Assembly: GCA_964345045.1 (NCBI GenBank)
Contig: CAYFPM010000001.1
Span: forward strand, 172,215 to 236,214
From: an uncultured Gammaproteobacteria bacterium
Lineage (GTDB): Bacteria > Patescibacteriota > Patescibacteriia > Magasanikbacterales > UBA922
Direction: 5' to 3'
DNA length: 64,000 nt
Part shown: positions 1 to 9,035 of the stretch, one piece after another
Layout: every line of letters begins with the position of its first letter
Position numbering within the stretch: position 1 is the first letter of the stretch
Program-made: the position numbers and the translations under genes
Notes under the pieces: model-generated
Told to the model about the DNA's origin: nothing
Seen by the model: the letters and a program-made list of their open reading frames with translations, nothing else
Database searches by the model: none

Positions 1-2
1 AA

Positions 3-254
3 GCTGCGAGCAAAAAGAATCTGGAAGAAACCTTCTCGGCTTTTCTTGAGGCGGCTATTGATTTCCTAAAATATCCGATAAAAGATGTTGAAGAAGGAGA
101 CAAAGAGCTTCGTGATAGGCTTGTAAAGCAAAGACTTCGTGAACTTGAAGGACTCTTGCTTGGTATACATGTGTGGACGGATGAGGCGTTTGGAACTTCG
201 CCAGATATACAGTTCCAAAAGCTTCTTCGTATATTGGATATAAAAGAAGAATAG
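3..254 (+). CDS. 3' end of a hypothetical protein (partial; the window starts inside the gene)
   Basis: Open frame from the window edge to the TAG at 252-254. A hairpin plus T-run terminator follows at 313-346. No recognisable motifs. Confidence 0.3.
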   Translation, partial: AASKKNLEETFSAFLEAAIDFLKYPIKDVEEGDKELRDRLVKQRLRELEGLLLGIHVWTDEAFGTSPDIQFQKLLRILDIKEE

Positions 255-312
255 AAGTTTTCTGCCTTCTGACTAAGCCACAAGATTCTCAAGGAGGAAA
301 ATCAATTTGTCA

Positions 313-346
313 AAATCACCCCTTTGGGGGTGATTTTTGTTTTTCC
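313..346 (+). terminator. Rho-independent terminator (AATCACCCC-TTTG-GGGGTGATT followed by a T-run)
   Basis: Perfect 9-bp GC-rich stem and TTTTTGTTTTT read directly from the sequence. Confidence 0.6.
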
Positions 347-373
347 TTACAAAATTTGTGCTAGAATAGTCTT

Positions 374-2512
374 ATGAATCTAGAAACTCGCCTTACAGCT
401 CTAAACAAGGTTGGCAAAGTACTGTCTGGCCGACTAAAGAAATTGGGTCTTGTGACTGTAGAAGACCTGCTTTTTTATTTTCCATTTCGCTACGAAGATT
501 ATAGTCAAACCAAAAAAATCGCAGACCTAGAAGATGGAGAAGAAGTAACAATAAAAGGGAAAATAGAAATAATTGCCAATAAACGTAGCCCTAGAAAAAA
601 GATGATTATAACCGAAGCTATAGTAGTGGACGAGACCGATAGACTAAAAGTAGTTTGGTTTGGACAGCCTTTTATCGGCAAAACTTTGAAAGTTGGGGAT
701 ACAGTCTACCTGTCTGGCAAAGTAAAAGATGATCGATTTGGAATGCAGTTGGTGGGGCCGGCTTACGAAAAAGTGACCCCCGATACCCCTTCCCAGCCCT
801 CCCCTAAAAAGGGAGGGGGTTTTGGCTCGGCTCTGACCACGACTCATACTGCCAGGATAGTGCCGATGTATCCGCTAACTGCCGGGGTTACACAAAAACA
901 GATGCGTTTTTTGGTGAGTCAAATTATTGATGTAGCCAAAGTAGTAGATGAGTGGCTGCCAGAGGAGTTGCAAGACCGTGCCGATGTAATGCCACTAGCC
1001 GAAGCGATAGAGATGATTCATTTTCCAGAAAATGCCGAGAGTTTGCGTTATGCCGAACGAAGGTTAAAATTTGATGAATTGTTTATTTTGCAATTGCGGG
1101 CCGAGATGATAAGACAAAATCTAAAAAGATCCAAAGCAGAAAAATTAAAATTTAAAGAACAGGAAATTAAAAAATTTGTAGAGGCTCTGCCGTTTGCATT
1201 AACCAAAGGACAAAAGGTGGCTGCCTGGGAAATTTTGCAAGACATGGAGAAAAGTGAGCCTATGAATAGACTCTTGGAAGGGGATGTGGGAGCTGGTAAG
1301 ACTGTGGTAGCAGCTATGGCTCTCTACAACTGTGCTCTAAACAAATTACAAGCTGTGATTCTCGCCCCAACTGAGATTTTGGCCAAGCAGCATTTTGAGT
1401 CTTTGTGTGAATTGTTACCAGAGGTGAGTATTGGTTTGTTATCTAGATCCGAGCTTTTGGCTAATAACTATCCGCTAAAAGCTAAAAGTAAAGCTAAAAA
1501 GAAAGAAGAATTTTTGGAAGCGATTAAATCCGGACAGATTGAAATAATTGTAGGGACACACGCAGTGATACAAGAAAAAGTTCTGTTTAAAAATCTTGGT
1601 TTGGTGGTGGTAGACGAGCAACACCGATTTGGGGTAGAACAGAGGAAAAAAATTAAAGAAAAATCTGGCAATAAAAAAACTACGCCACACTTTCTCTCTA
1701 TGACAGCCACACCTATCCCAAGGTCTTTTGCCCTTACTATCTATGGCGACCTCGATGTTTCTATTCTAAAAGAAAAACCTGGTGGTAGAAAAGAAATTAA
1801 AACTAGATTGGTCGAGCCAAAAAATCGGCAAAAGGCTTATAATTTTATACGTGAACAAATTAAGTCTGGTCGGCAAGCATTTGTGATTTGTCCGCTTATA
1901 GACAATGAACAAGAAACAAGTGGCAAAGAACAAAATTCTGAAAAGAAATCTGTGCTGGCCGAGTATGACAAGCTTTCTAAAGAAATTTTTCCAGATCTTA
2001 AAATTGATTATTTGCATGGCAAAATGAAAGGAACAGAAAAAGATGAAAAAATGAATAAGTTTGCGGCGGGTGAAACAAACATTCTTATTGCCACTTCGGT
2101 AGTAGAGGTAGGGGTAAATATTCCAAATGCTAGCGTAATGATGATTGAAGATGCTGAGAGGTTTGGTTTGGCTCAGTTGCACCAGTTTCGCGGTAGGGTA
2201 GGGCGTAGTGATCACCAGTCATATTGTTTTGTTTTTTCCGATACAGATACAGACAAAGCCCTCGAGAGGTTGGGATTTTTTGAAAAAAATACCGATGGTT
2301 TCAAACTAGCGGAATATGATCTAGAGGTAAGAGGACCAGGCGAGGTGTATGGCCGGGCCCAAAGTGGTATGATGAATTTGAAATTAGCAACTATGCAAGA
2401 TGTAGAGATTATTAAATTGGCTAGAGAATTGGCTAAAGGGATTGATTTTGAAAATTATAAAATTCTTAAAGAAAAAGTAGAGGAGTGGGAGATTAATACT
2501 CATTTGGAATAA
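374..2512 (+). CDS. recG: ATP-dependent DNA helicase RecG
   Basis: 712 aa. N-terminal wedge/OB region, Walker A GAGKT, DEQHRFG (DEAH-type motif II), QLHQFRGRVGR helicase motif VI. Domain order and length are typical of RecG. Confidence 0.9.
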   Translation: MNLETRLTALNKVGKVLSGRLKKLGLVTVEDLLFYFPFRYEDYSQTKKIADLEDGEEVTIKGKIEIIANKRSPRKKMIITEAIVVDETDRLKVVWFGQPFIGKTLKVGDTVYLSGKVKDDRFGMQLVGPAYEKVTPDTPSQPSPKKGGGFGSALTTTHTARIVPMYPLTAGVTQKQMRFLVSQIIDVAKVVDEWLPEELQDRADVMPLAEAIEMIHFPENAESLRYAERRLKFDELFILQLRAEMIRQNLKRSKAEKLKFKEQEIKKFVEALPFALTKGQKVAAWEILQDMEKSEPMNRLLEGDVGAGKTVVAAMALYNCALNKLQAVILAPTEILAKQHFESLCELLPEVSIGLLSRSELLANNYPLKAKSKAKKKEEFLEAIKSGQIEIIVGTHAVIQEKVLFKNLGLVVVDEQHRFGVEQRKKIKEKSGNKKTTPHFLSMTATPIPRSFALTIYGDLDVSILKEKPGGRKEIKTRLVEPKNRQKAYNFIREQIKSGRQAFVICPLIDNEQETSGKEQNSEKKSVLAEYDKLSKEIFPDLKIDYLHGKMKGTEKDEKMNKFAAGETNILIATSVVEVGVNIPNASVMMIEDAERFGLAQLHQFRGRVGRSDHQSYCFVFSDTDTDKALERLGFFEKNTDGFKLAEYDLEVRGPGEVYGRAQSGMMNLKLATMQDVEIIKLARELAKGIDFENYKILKEKVEEWEINTHLE

Positions 2513-2516
2513 TTTT

Positions 2517-2987
2517 ATGAATAGACCAAGAAGACCAAGCCCAGAAGATATGGAAACCTGGGATGCTATATTAAAGAAAGAAGACCGTGGCATACTTACT
2601 CATAAAGAAGAAAGTATGGGAGTTAACTATGGAGCAGAAGGTGGTGATGCGGTGGTAGAAGAATCAACCAGCAAGATGGATAGAAGAATAGCTGAAAAGT
2701 TGAGAGAAGAGGGGGGAAATAATGAATTTGCTGGTTCTCCGGAAAATTATATTTTGCTGGAAGGGGCTGTTATTAATTTTGGTGAAATTTATGGATTTGC
2801 CAATTGCAAGCTTGGAGTTCATGAATCTTGTATTTCTTCTGATCCGTGTGTGGTTGTAAAAATTCCAGATGGGAAGAAATATCATTTTAATACTAGGAAA
2901 ATCAAAGGTTTTGACTCTTATACTTTTATAGAAAAAATGCAAGGATTAGGTTTTGATACTGTACCGGAAGATAAAATCCACGGCTGA
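2517..2987 (+). CDS. hypothetical protein (translationally coupled to recG)
   Basis: 156-aa ORF that starts 5 nt after the recG stop. Acidic N-terminus, no known motif. Confidence 0.45.
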   Translation: MNRPRRPSPEDMETWDAILKKEDRGILTHKEESMGVNYGAEGGDAVVEESTSKMDRRIAEKLREEGGNNEFAGSPENYILLEGAVINFGEIYGFANCKLGVHESCISSDPCVVVKIPDGKKYHFNTRKIKGFDSYTFIEKMQGLGFDTVPEDKIHG

Positions 2988-3041
2988 TTTTGCTTTGCAA
3001 AATTATTTTAGTTTGGTATGGTGGAGTAAAGGAGGCGACAA

Positions 3042-3485
3042 ATGCCAAAGAAAAAAGATCTGCCAAGTACAGAGGTTGACCATGCGGAAATCGCTCGCAA
3101 GAGGCTTTCTAGAGAAGATCCTCTTTGGGAGGGATATGTATTTTTGATCTATAAGGGGCAGCTGTGTGTTCACAGACCTCGGCATAGACCAGATCAATGC
3201 TATCCCCAAAAAGGTTGGTTGAGACTAGAAGTTAGACCAACTGGACATGCCGAAGTAAGGTGGACTCGCCCCGAAGATGTGGTGTTTTGGTTTCGGGATT
3301 TGACCGATCAGCTCACTGCGGGATTCCCACCAGAGCGTTTTCCAAACTGCAAAGTGATGTGGCGAGAGGTGGCAGCCGCGATCCAAGCAACCAAATCTAG
3401 TGACAACTACAGTGGACCTGTTACTGGAGCTGGTTTGGGGATGCCTCGTAGCTCTACCAGAGGTCGTCGCAACGGTGGTCGTTAG
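3042..3485 (+). CDS. hypothetical small basic protein (GC-enriched gene)
   Basis: Strong SD (AAGGAGG, 7 nt upstream of the ATG). 147 aa with an Arg/Gly-rich C-terminus. GC content is clearly above the flanks. Confidence 0.5.
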   Translation: MPKKKDLPSTEVDHAEIARKRLSREDPLWEGYVFLIYKGQLCVHRPRHRPDQCYPQKGWLRLEVRPTGHAEVRWTRPEDVVFWFRDLTDQLTAGFPPERFPNCKVMWREVAAAIQATKSSDNYSGPVTGAGLGMPRSSTRGRRNGGR

Positions 3486-3572
3486 CGTCTTTGAGAAACT
3501 ATAGATTTTTGCAACAGACGCTCCAAATTCAAATTTATTTTCTGTACCTTAGTGGTGCAGTTTTTTTATACT

Positions 3573-3601
3573 TGACAAAGACAATTTTTTGCTATATACT
3601 C
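3573..3601 (+). promoter_or_regulatory. Near-consensus sigma70-type promoter: TTGACA, 17-bp spacer, TATACT
   Basis: -35 TTGACA and -10 TATACT with a 17-bp spacer, read directly. About 55 nt upstream of the GC-rich ORF at 3656. Confidence 0.55.
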
Positions 3602-3655
3602 TTGCCAGCCAAAATCTCCAATTACTGGAGTGCGGCCGAAAGGAAACAATAAGAC

Positions 3656-3973
3656 TTGAGCAGCAAAGCAGCTGGAAAAATCAAGGGGCAGGGGACCTTG
3701 CTCCCGATCGTGTTCAAGCCGGTCGAGGGAGACGACCTCCAAGTCGGGTTCGTGGAGCCCAAGTGCGCCCCTACGAACGGGGTCTTCGAGGTCTTGGTTC
3801 GCAAGGGGCGTCGCGATGCAGAGCCGACGTTGATGAGTCTCGACAGCCTCACATTCCAACAGTTCGGACACATCGGGCTCGCCGGCTTCCGTCACGGTGG
3901 TGCCCATACCCCCCGGTGTGACCACAACAACGTCTTGGTCGATGCCCTCCACGGTAGCATGACCGCCAGTTAG
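3656..3973 (+). CDS. hypothetical protein encoded in a high-GC (GC3-rich) segment; TTG start
   Basis: Third-codon positions are almost all G/C in the + frame, which is the coding signature of a high-GC donor. Preceded by the consensus promoter and followed by two hairpins (3985-4030 and terminator 4045-4078). The antisense ORF 3566..3952 is less consistent with the GC3 pattern. Confidence 0.4.
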   Translation: MSSKAAGKIKGQGTLLPIVFKPVEGDDLQVGFVEPKCAPTNGVFEVLVRKGRRDAEPTLMSLDSLTFQQFGHIGLAGFRHGGAHTPRCDHNNVLVDALHGSMTAS

Positions 3974-4044
3974 CTCGAGTAGCCTCGCGTCCGCACAAAG
4001 GATCGTTCTACGATTTTGCGGACGCGAGCGCTTCCATCACAATC

Positions 4045-4078
4045 AAAAAATAAAACCCATAGAATGGGTTTTTTGTTT
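4045..4078. terminator. Bidirectional rho-independent terminator (AAAACCCAT-AGA-ATGGGTTTT, flanked by an A-run and a T-run)
   Basis: Perfect stem with A-run/T-run flanks. Serves the + GC-rich gene and radA (minus strand). Confidence 0.6.
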
Positions 4079-4092
4079 GGTTGAATAAAATT

Positions 4093-4169
4093 CCTCCCCT
4101 ACCAGGGGAGGCTAGGTGGGGTCAAATCGTACACCAGACCCCCTCCAGCTCCCCCTATTAGGGGGAGGG
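4093..4169. repeat. GC-rich modular hairpin repeat, copy 1 (hairpins CCTCCCCTACCAGGGGAGG and CTCCCCCTATTAGGGGGAG)
   Basis: Shares about 50 nt (GGGGGTCTGGnGTACGATTTGACCCCACCTAGCCTCCCCTGnTAGGGGAGG, as reverse complement) with 40813-40901. Its other module matches 20121-20187. Confidence 0.7.
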
Positions 4170-4177
4170 ATTATTTG

Positions 4178-5512
4178 TTAAGTCTGCCTAATCAATTCTT
4201 GAATATTTTTGACACTAATAATTTTTATTTTTTCACTACCAACCTTTCCTCTCGAACTAGTAATAATTTTATTCATCCCTAGCTGCTCACATTCTCTAAT
4301 TCGTTTTTCATTTTGCCGCACACTGCGGATCTCTCCACCTAGGCCTACCTCGCCAAACACGGCTAGGTCTTTGCCCAGGGCTTTGTCTTTGTAGGCGCTA
4401 GCAATAGCCAGAGCCACTGCTAGGTCGGCAGCTGGTTCGTTTGCCTTGACCCCACCAACTACGTTGATATGCACATCGTACTGGCCTAGTTGCAAACCAG
4501 CTCGTCTTTCTAGAACTGCTATTAACACATGAAGTCTATTGATATCAAAACCACTAGCTTTTCGTACTGGGTAACCAAAACTAGTTTTGTTGATTAGGGC
4601 TTGGATCTCTACCAAGATAGGTCTGGTGCCTTCTAGTAAGCATGTAACTATACTACCCGGCACGTCTTCGCCACGTTCTTCCAAAAGAAGCTGAGATGGA
4701 TTTTTAACTTCTTTTAGACCAGCTTCGGTCATATCAAAAATACCGACTTCGTCTGTGGAACCAAATCTATTTTTGCTAGCACGCAAAATTCGTAAGTTGT
4801 GATGCTGGTCTCCCTCTAGATAAAGAACTGTGTCTACAAGATGTTCCAAAGTTTTTGGCCCAGCTACATTGCCGTCTTTGGTAACGTGCCCAATCACTAC
4901 AATCGCAGTTTGGCCAGTTTTGGCAGCTTCCATAAGCTTGGCAGCACAAGCGCGCACTTGCGAAATATTGCCTGGCTCACCATCTACTTCTTCGGACCAA
5001 ATAGTTTGGATAGAATCAACAATAGCCAAAGTAGGCTTTTCTTTTTTTATGGTACTTATAACGGCTTCTACTTTTGTGGCGTTGGCAATTTTCAAACTAT
5101 TGTTTTTTAGACCCAATCTATCGGCTCTTAGTTTGATTTGCTCGGCTGATTCTTCGCCAGAGATGTACAGAGTATTTGGTAGCAAAAAGGAAAGCTGCAA
5201 AGATAGGGTAGACTTGCCAATGCCAGGCTCGCCCCCAAGCAAAATAAAACTACCAGGCACAACTCCACCACCAAGCACTCGGTCTAATTCACTAATATTG
5301 GTATTTGATCTTTTTATATTTGATCCAACCACTTGATTTATATTTTGTACTTCCAAACTTGGGTGTTGGGCTGTTTTAAGGGTTTCATGTTTTGATGATT
5401 TTATGCTTTCTTCTATAGATCCCCACTTGCCACACTCCATACACCTACCAGCCCATTTGGTATATTGGTAGTCACAGTTGGAACAAACAAATATACTATT
5501 ATTTTTTACCAT
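4178..5512 (-). CDS. radA: DNA repair protein RadA/Sms
   Basis: N-terminal C4 zinc finger (CSNCDYQYTKWAGRCMECGKWG), RecA-like Walker A GGEPGIGKSTL, KNRFG motif, C-terminal Lon-like domain. 444 aa. Confidence 0.9.
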   Translation of the reverse strand: MVKNNSIFVCSNCDYQYTKWAGRCMECGKWGSIEESIKSSKHETLKTAQHPSLEVQNINQVVGSNIKRSNTNISELDRVLGGGVVPGSFILLGGEPGIGKSTLSLQLSFLLPNTLYISGEESAEQIKLRADRLGLKNNSLKIANATKVEAVISTIKKEKPTLAIVDSIQTIWSEEVDGEPGNISQVRACAAKLMEAAKTGQTAIVVIGHVTKDGNVAGPKTLEHLVDTVLYLEGDQHHNLRILRASKNRFGSTDEVGIFDMTEAGLKEVKNPSQLLLEERGEDVPGSIVTCLLEGTRPILVEIQALINKTSFGYPVRKASGFDINRLHVLIAVLERRAGLQLGQYDVHINVVGGVKANEPAADLAVALAIASAYKDKALGKDLAVFGEVGLGGEIRSVRQNEKRIRECEQLGMNKIITSSRGKVGSEKIKIISVKNIQELIRQT

Positions 5513-5600
5513 ACTTAACTTTTTATATTGACTTTTGTTTATTATTTTGTTAGCTTAACTTTGCGGTGGTAATACCACTAGAAGATAGGAGAATCGAAGA

Positions 5601-5915
5601 ATGGAACATTGTGTTGCACCGAGAGAGACCGCCTATACCTGCCAAGGGTACTCTGGTGAATGCTACAGGTACACAAAGGTGGAGGAACGCGATTGCGACA
5701 ACCCTAGTTTGGTCATGTCTTTGACGCGCGCCAACGGAGCGGCTTTGCATAAGCCAGGCAAGAAAGAGGGGGATGAGCGTCAATGGGTGTACAACATCCA
5801 GATGCCTGGGAGAGAAGAACCAGAGCTCATGACTGAGGATCAGATAAAGAAAGTCTTCAAGCAAGAGCAAGTTCGAATTGCTCTAGCGGCAGATAAGGCT
5901 GCGAAGGACAAGTAA
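5601..5915 (+). CDS. hypothetical small protein (moderately GC-enriched)
   Basis: AGGAG about 12 nt upstream. 104 aa, Cys-rich N-terminus and Lys-rich C-terminus. A hairpin terminator lies downstream at 6009-6026. The antisense ORF 5550..5870 is an alternative reading. Confidence 0.35.
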   Translation: MEHCVAPRETAYTCQGYSGECYRYTKVEERDCDNPSLVMSLTRANGAALHKPGKKEGDERQWVYNIQMPGREEPELMTEDQIKKVFKQEQVRIALAADKAAKDK

Positions 5916-6033
5916 GAGAGCCTCTCGCTGATAGCTTTGCCAGCTCTAAAACGTCTTAGGTTTACTCACCACCGCACCCATCAATCATTAACAATTCTTG
6001 AAAAAGAAACCCGTCTAGCGACGGGTATTTATA

Positions 6034-7164
6034 TTATGAACAACTTTTTGACGGAAGTCCAGTCTCTTTGGTAATAGACGGCCGATTGGTACCGTATTCA
6101 AAATGCCAAAGTTCTGTAGAAAGTCTGCCAAATTTTTCGTCTGCTTGGTAAAAAGCATTGGCAAGGATAGTAGCATCCGATGGCAAAACTTTGTCACATT
6201 GGGTCTTGCCATTTACTTTTGGCCAAGCCCTTTCACCATCTTTTATAAGAACAGCATCTACAGCCCTACCATGCCCGTGACTAGAGTAGCCAGGTACTGC
6301 ATAAACCCTTTTTCTTTCTTTGGGGTCTGGATATTCATCTTTACCTTTGCCACACCAGAGAGATACTTGGCTTTCAAAAGATCTATGACTACCTACAATT
6401 TGCATGGCATAACCTTTGTTATGAAGTATTTCTCCGGCTTTGCAAATAGCCCTACCCATATCAGGAGTTACCTTGAACGTACCAATTACACCGCGTGGGC
6501 AGGTTTGGGTTCTTACATAAGCTTCGGGGATTACCCCAAGTTTGGGATAAGCCGCTCTTTTTTCTGGTTCGCAATCAAAAGCTTTTTCTCCCTCGGCTGT
6601 CCAAGTTGGTTTGGCAATATTTTCCGGAGAATAATTGGCATAGTCTACCAAATCATTTTCTGGCAAAACAAATTCTTTTTGTTCTACAAATAATATTCGC
6701 AAACTTCTAAATCTAACCAAGTCGGGGTTGATAGTATACAAAAGAACATAAGAGAGTAAGGCAATAGACAAACCAATAACTGCACCAGAGATTTGGCTTT
6801 TGGCTTTTTTGATATTTTCTTCTCGATCTCCAATTGGGAACATCCATAGCATGCCGGCAAAAAATATACCAATTACCGCCATAATGCTAACAACTACTAC
6901 CAAGTAGCGGTAGATTGTGCCGATATATTCGCTCAAAAAGGGAATATGCAGATAAGTTTCTCCGCCAGCTCCTTCTTCTATTTCCAAATCTTTGATATCG
7001 GTAAACTCTGTGCCTGGGATTTGGATTCTTGGTTGAGGTTTTTCCAAAATTTGTTGAATTTCGTCTATAGTTTGCTGAGCATTGGTTGGAATAGGCAACA
7101 AAAAGACAGTTCCCAAAAAAAGAGCCAAGATAAATATAAATATTTTTTTATTTAGTTTTTGCAT
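6034..7164 (-). CDS. membrane protein with a C-terminal peptidase M15 (VanY / D-Ala-D-Ala carboxypeptidase-like) domain
   Basis: N-terminal signal/TM, two internal TM helices, and a C-terminal VPGYSSHGHGRAVDAV segment that matches the LAS metallopeptidase SxHxxGxAxD zinc-binding motif. Confidence 0.55.
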   Translation of the reverse strand: MQKLNKKIFIFILALFLGTVFLLPIPTNAQQTIDEIQQILEKPQPRIQIPGTEFTDIKDLEIEEGAGGETYLHIPFLSEYIGTIYRYLVVVVSIMAVIGIFFAGMLWMFPIGDREENIKKAKSQISGAVIGLSIALLSYVLLYTINPDLVRFRSLRILFVEQKEFVLPENDLVDYANYSPENIAKPTWTAEGEKAFDCEPEKRAAYPKLGVIPEAYVRTQTCPRGVIGTFKVTPDMGRAICKAGEILHNKGYAMQIVGSHRSFESQVSLWCGKGKDEYPDPKERKRVYAVPGYSSHGHGRAVDAVLIKDGERAWPKVNGKTQCDKVLPSDATILANAFYQADEKFGRLSTELWHFEYGTNRPSITKETGLPSKSCS

Positions 7165-7167
7165 ATG

Positions 7168-7809
7168 TTACAAACCTAGTAAGCCTGCCCAACCTTCTTT
7201 GGTTAAGTTTGGGGTTACTCTAGTATTTTTCAAAAAAGCTTCGGGGACAGCTTGGATTCCCAAATCTCTAGCCAAGGTTTCTACTTTGGCTTGGTATTCT
7301 TCGGCTTTGCCAGAATTTAGACAAGTTTGTAGAGCTGTACTGTCTAGGTTTATTATCGTGGCAATTGTTTCCATGGTTGGGGTATCTAGTCGTCCTTCGG
7401 TAGTATAAACAGCTTCTTCAAATTCGTCGTACTTGTCTTGCTGATTGGCACAATAAGCATAGATATGAGCTGTTTCCGATGGGTGTGGAAATTGAGTTAC
7501 TGATAAATTCTTTACAATAACTTTTAGTTTGTTTGGATTTTCTTTAATTATTTGTCTAAGAGTTTTTATTTGTTGTTGGCAGGCTTCGCAAGCTAGATCT
7601 TCGAAAACTACGACTGTGTTTATAGCATTTTTTTTGCCAAGCAAAGGATCTTCTTTGAAAATAGGTATAAATATTTCAGTAGGGGATTCTTTTTTTGGAT
7701 TTTGTTTTTCGTAAAGCGGTTCATACTGAGTTACTCGTATAAAAAAAACAAGCGAAACCAAAAAAATGGCTGGCAAAAAGACAAAGATTAAGTGTTTTGT
7801 TTTTATCAT
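7168..7809 (-). CDS. DsbA-like thiol-disulfide oxidoreductase (thioredoxin fold), membrane-anchored
   Basis: N-terminal TM helix. CEAC (CxxC) active-site motif in the context VVVFEDLACEAC. Confidence 0.5.
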   Translation of the reverse strand: MIKTKHLIFVFLPAIFLVSLVFFIRVTQYEPLYEKQNPKKESPTEIFIPIFKEDPLLGKKNAINTVVVFEDLACEACQQQIKTLRQIIKENPNKLKVIVKNLSVTQFPHPSETAHIYAYCANQQDKYDEFEEAVYTTEGRLDTPTMETIATIINLDSTALQTCLNSGKAEEYQAKVETLARDLGIQAVPEAFLKNTRVTPNLTKEGWAGLLGL

Positions 7810-9032
7810 AAGTTAACTTGGAAAATGCCGGTTCTGTTTTTGTCGGTAAAGCTAATATTTTTGCCATCGTCACTAACAAATATTTGATCGATAGTATGGG
7901 TTTCGTCCAATGGTAAAGCTGTTTTGGCGCCAGTTTGGGTATCTATACGATAAAGAATGTCTGGAGTTTGATCTGCCAAAATAGGTTGGAAACCAGACCC
8001 AACTTCTAATCTGGTTGGCACACCACAATATATATACCGGTCATCACTAAAATTACATTTGTCTGCCCAAGTATTTAGCTCTAGTGGTCTACGGTTATTG
8101 CCAATACTGCCCGGGACAGCATCTACAATCCAAAGTTGTGGTTTGAAATCATTGTTAGCGTTGTAAACACTATATAACAATTGTTTACCACTTTTTGACC
8201 ATTCTGTTTGGAGGCCTCTACCTTCTACTATTAGTCCTTTAAAATTTTCACCTTGGGTACCAATTGGTAAGATTTGTTGTCTGTCTCCACCCAAAGATTC
8301 ACCAGTTCTAGACAAAGCGACAATTTGTTTGTTTGGTGACCAATCCACAGTTACTTTGTCTTGGTTTTCTCCCAAATGTTCCAAAAATTTTACATTGTTG
8401 CCATCTGGATCCGAAGCAATAAGCCAACGATTTTCTGGAGAAAGACCGACACTCTTGGAAGCGATTTGAAATCCATCCGAAGAAAAAGAAAAGTCTTCCC
8501 AATGTTTTGGTAAGGTAACTTGGCGTTTGGTTGCAAAGTTATAATAAATATTGGAACCGTCTGGATATTCTATAATAGATTCATTATCATTTGGTGACCA
8601 AGTTACATTTTCTACATTAAAAAAAACTTCGTCTGACAAAATTTGGGCTTGACCATCTTCTACTCGATAAAATTTGCCATCGGATCGGTTGTAAAATTGG
8701 ACTTGTCCGCTGGCAGTAAAATCTGGAGAAGTGATAACAGAATCGACTAGTTGAGTTTCTCTTCCTACGGGTTGACTAGGAATAAAGCTTTGACCGGTAC
8801 CAACTTCTACACTAGGTGGAAGTACTTCTACACCAGGAGGTTCGACTCTACCTGGGACACCTTCTCCTGCGGCAGGAAATTCTACTCCGGGAGTGGGGGC
8901 TACCACTCCGGGGACACCAGGCTCTACAGGAGGAAGAGTTGGTCGAGCAAAAAATACTCTGTACAAAATATAGCCAATTCCAAATGAGACTAATAAAAAT
9001 CCAATTATTAGAAGTATTCTTTTTTTGTCCAT
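7806..9032 (-). CDS. membrane-anchored protein with a Pro-rich linker and a TolB-like (PD40/WD40-like) beta-propeller
   Basis: N-terminal TM helix, PGV-rich linker, repeated DG/SPDG beta-propeller blade motifs. Overlaps the downstream gene by 4 nt (operon). Confidence 0.45.
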   Translation of the reverse strand: MDKKRILLIIGFLLVSFGIGYILYRVFFARPTLPPVEPGVPGVVAPTPGVEFPAAGEGVPGRVEPPGVEVLPPSVEVGTGQSFIPSQPVGRETQLVDSVITSPDFTASGQVQFYNRSDGKFYRVEDGQAQILSDEVFFNVENVTWSPNDNESIIEYPDGSNIYYNFATKRQVTLPKHWEDFSFSSDGFQIASKSVGLSPENRWLIASDPDGNNVKFLEHLGENQDKVTVDWSPNKQIVALSRTGESLGGDRQQILPIGTQGENFKGLIVEGRGLQTEWSKSGKQLLYSVYNANNDFKPQLWIVDAVPGSIGNNRRPLELNTWADKCNFSDDRYIYCGVPTRLEVGSGFQPILADQTPDILYRIDTQTGAKTALPLDETHTIDQIFVSDDGKNISFTDKNRTGIFQVNL

Positions 9033-9035
9033 ATG

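Noticed and set aside
3608-4078. Possibility that the promoter-to-terminator GC-rich transcript is RNase P RNA, tmRNA or SRP RNA
   Set aside because: No GGAAAGUCCGG / P4 RNase P signature, no tRNA-like 3' end (GGTTCGAATCC...CCA) for tmRNA, and no SRP domain IV motif. The + frame shows strong GC3 coding bias, so a protein-coding cassette is favoured.
4830-5336. 168-aa and 89-aa + strand ORFs inside radA
   Set aside because: They lie fully within the well-supported radA CDS on the opposite strand and have no motifs or SD.
6103-6693. 196-aa + strand ORF inside the M15 peptidase gene
   Set aside because: Antisense to a CDS that has a clear signal peptide and a metallopeptidase motif.
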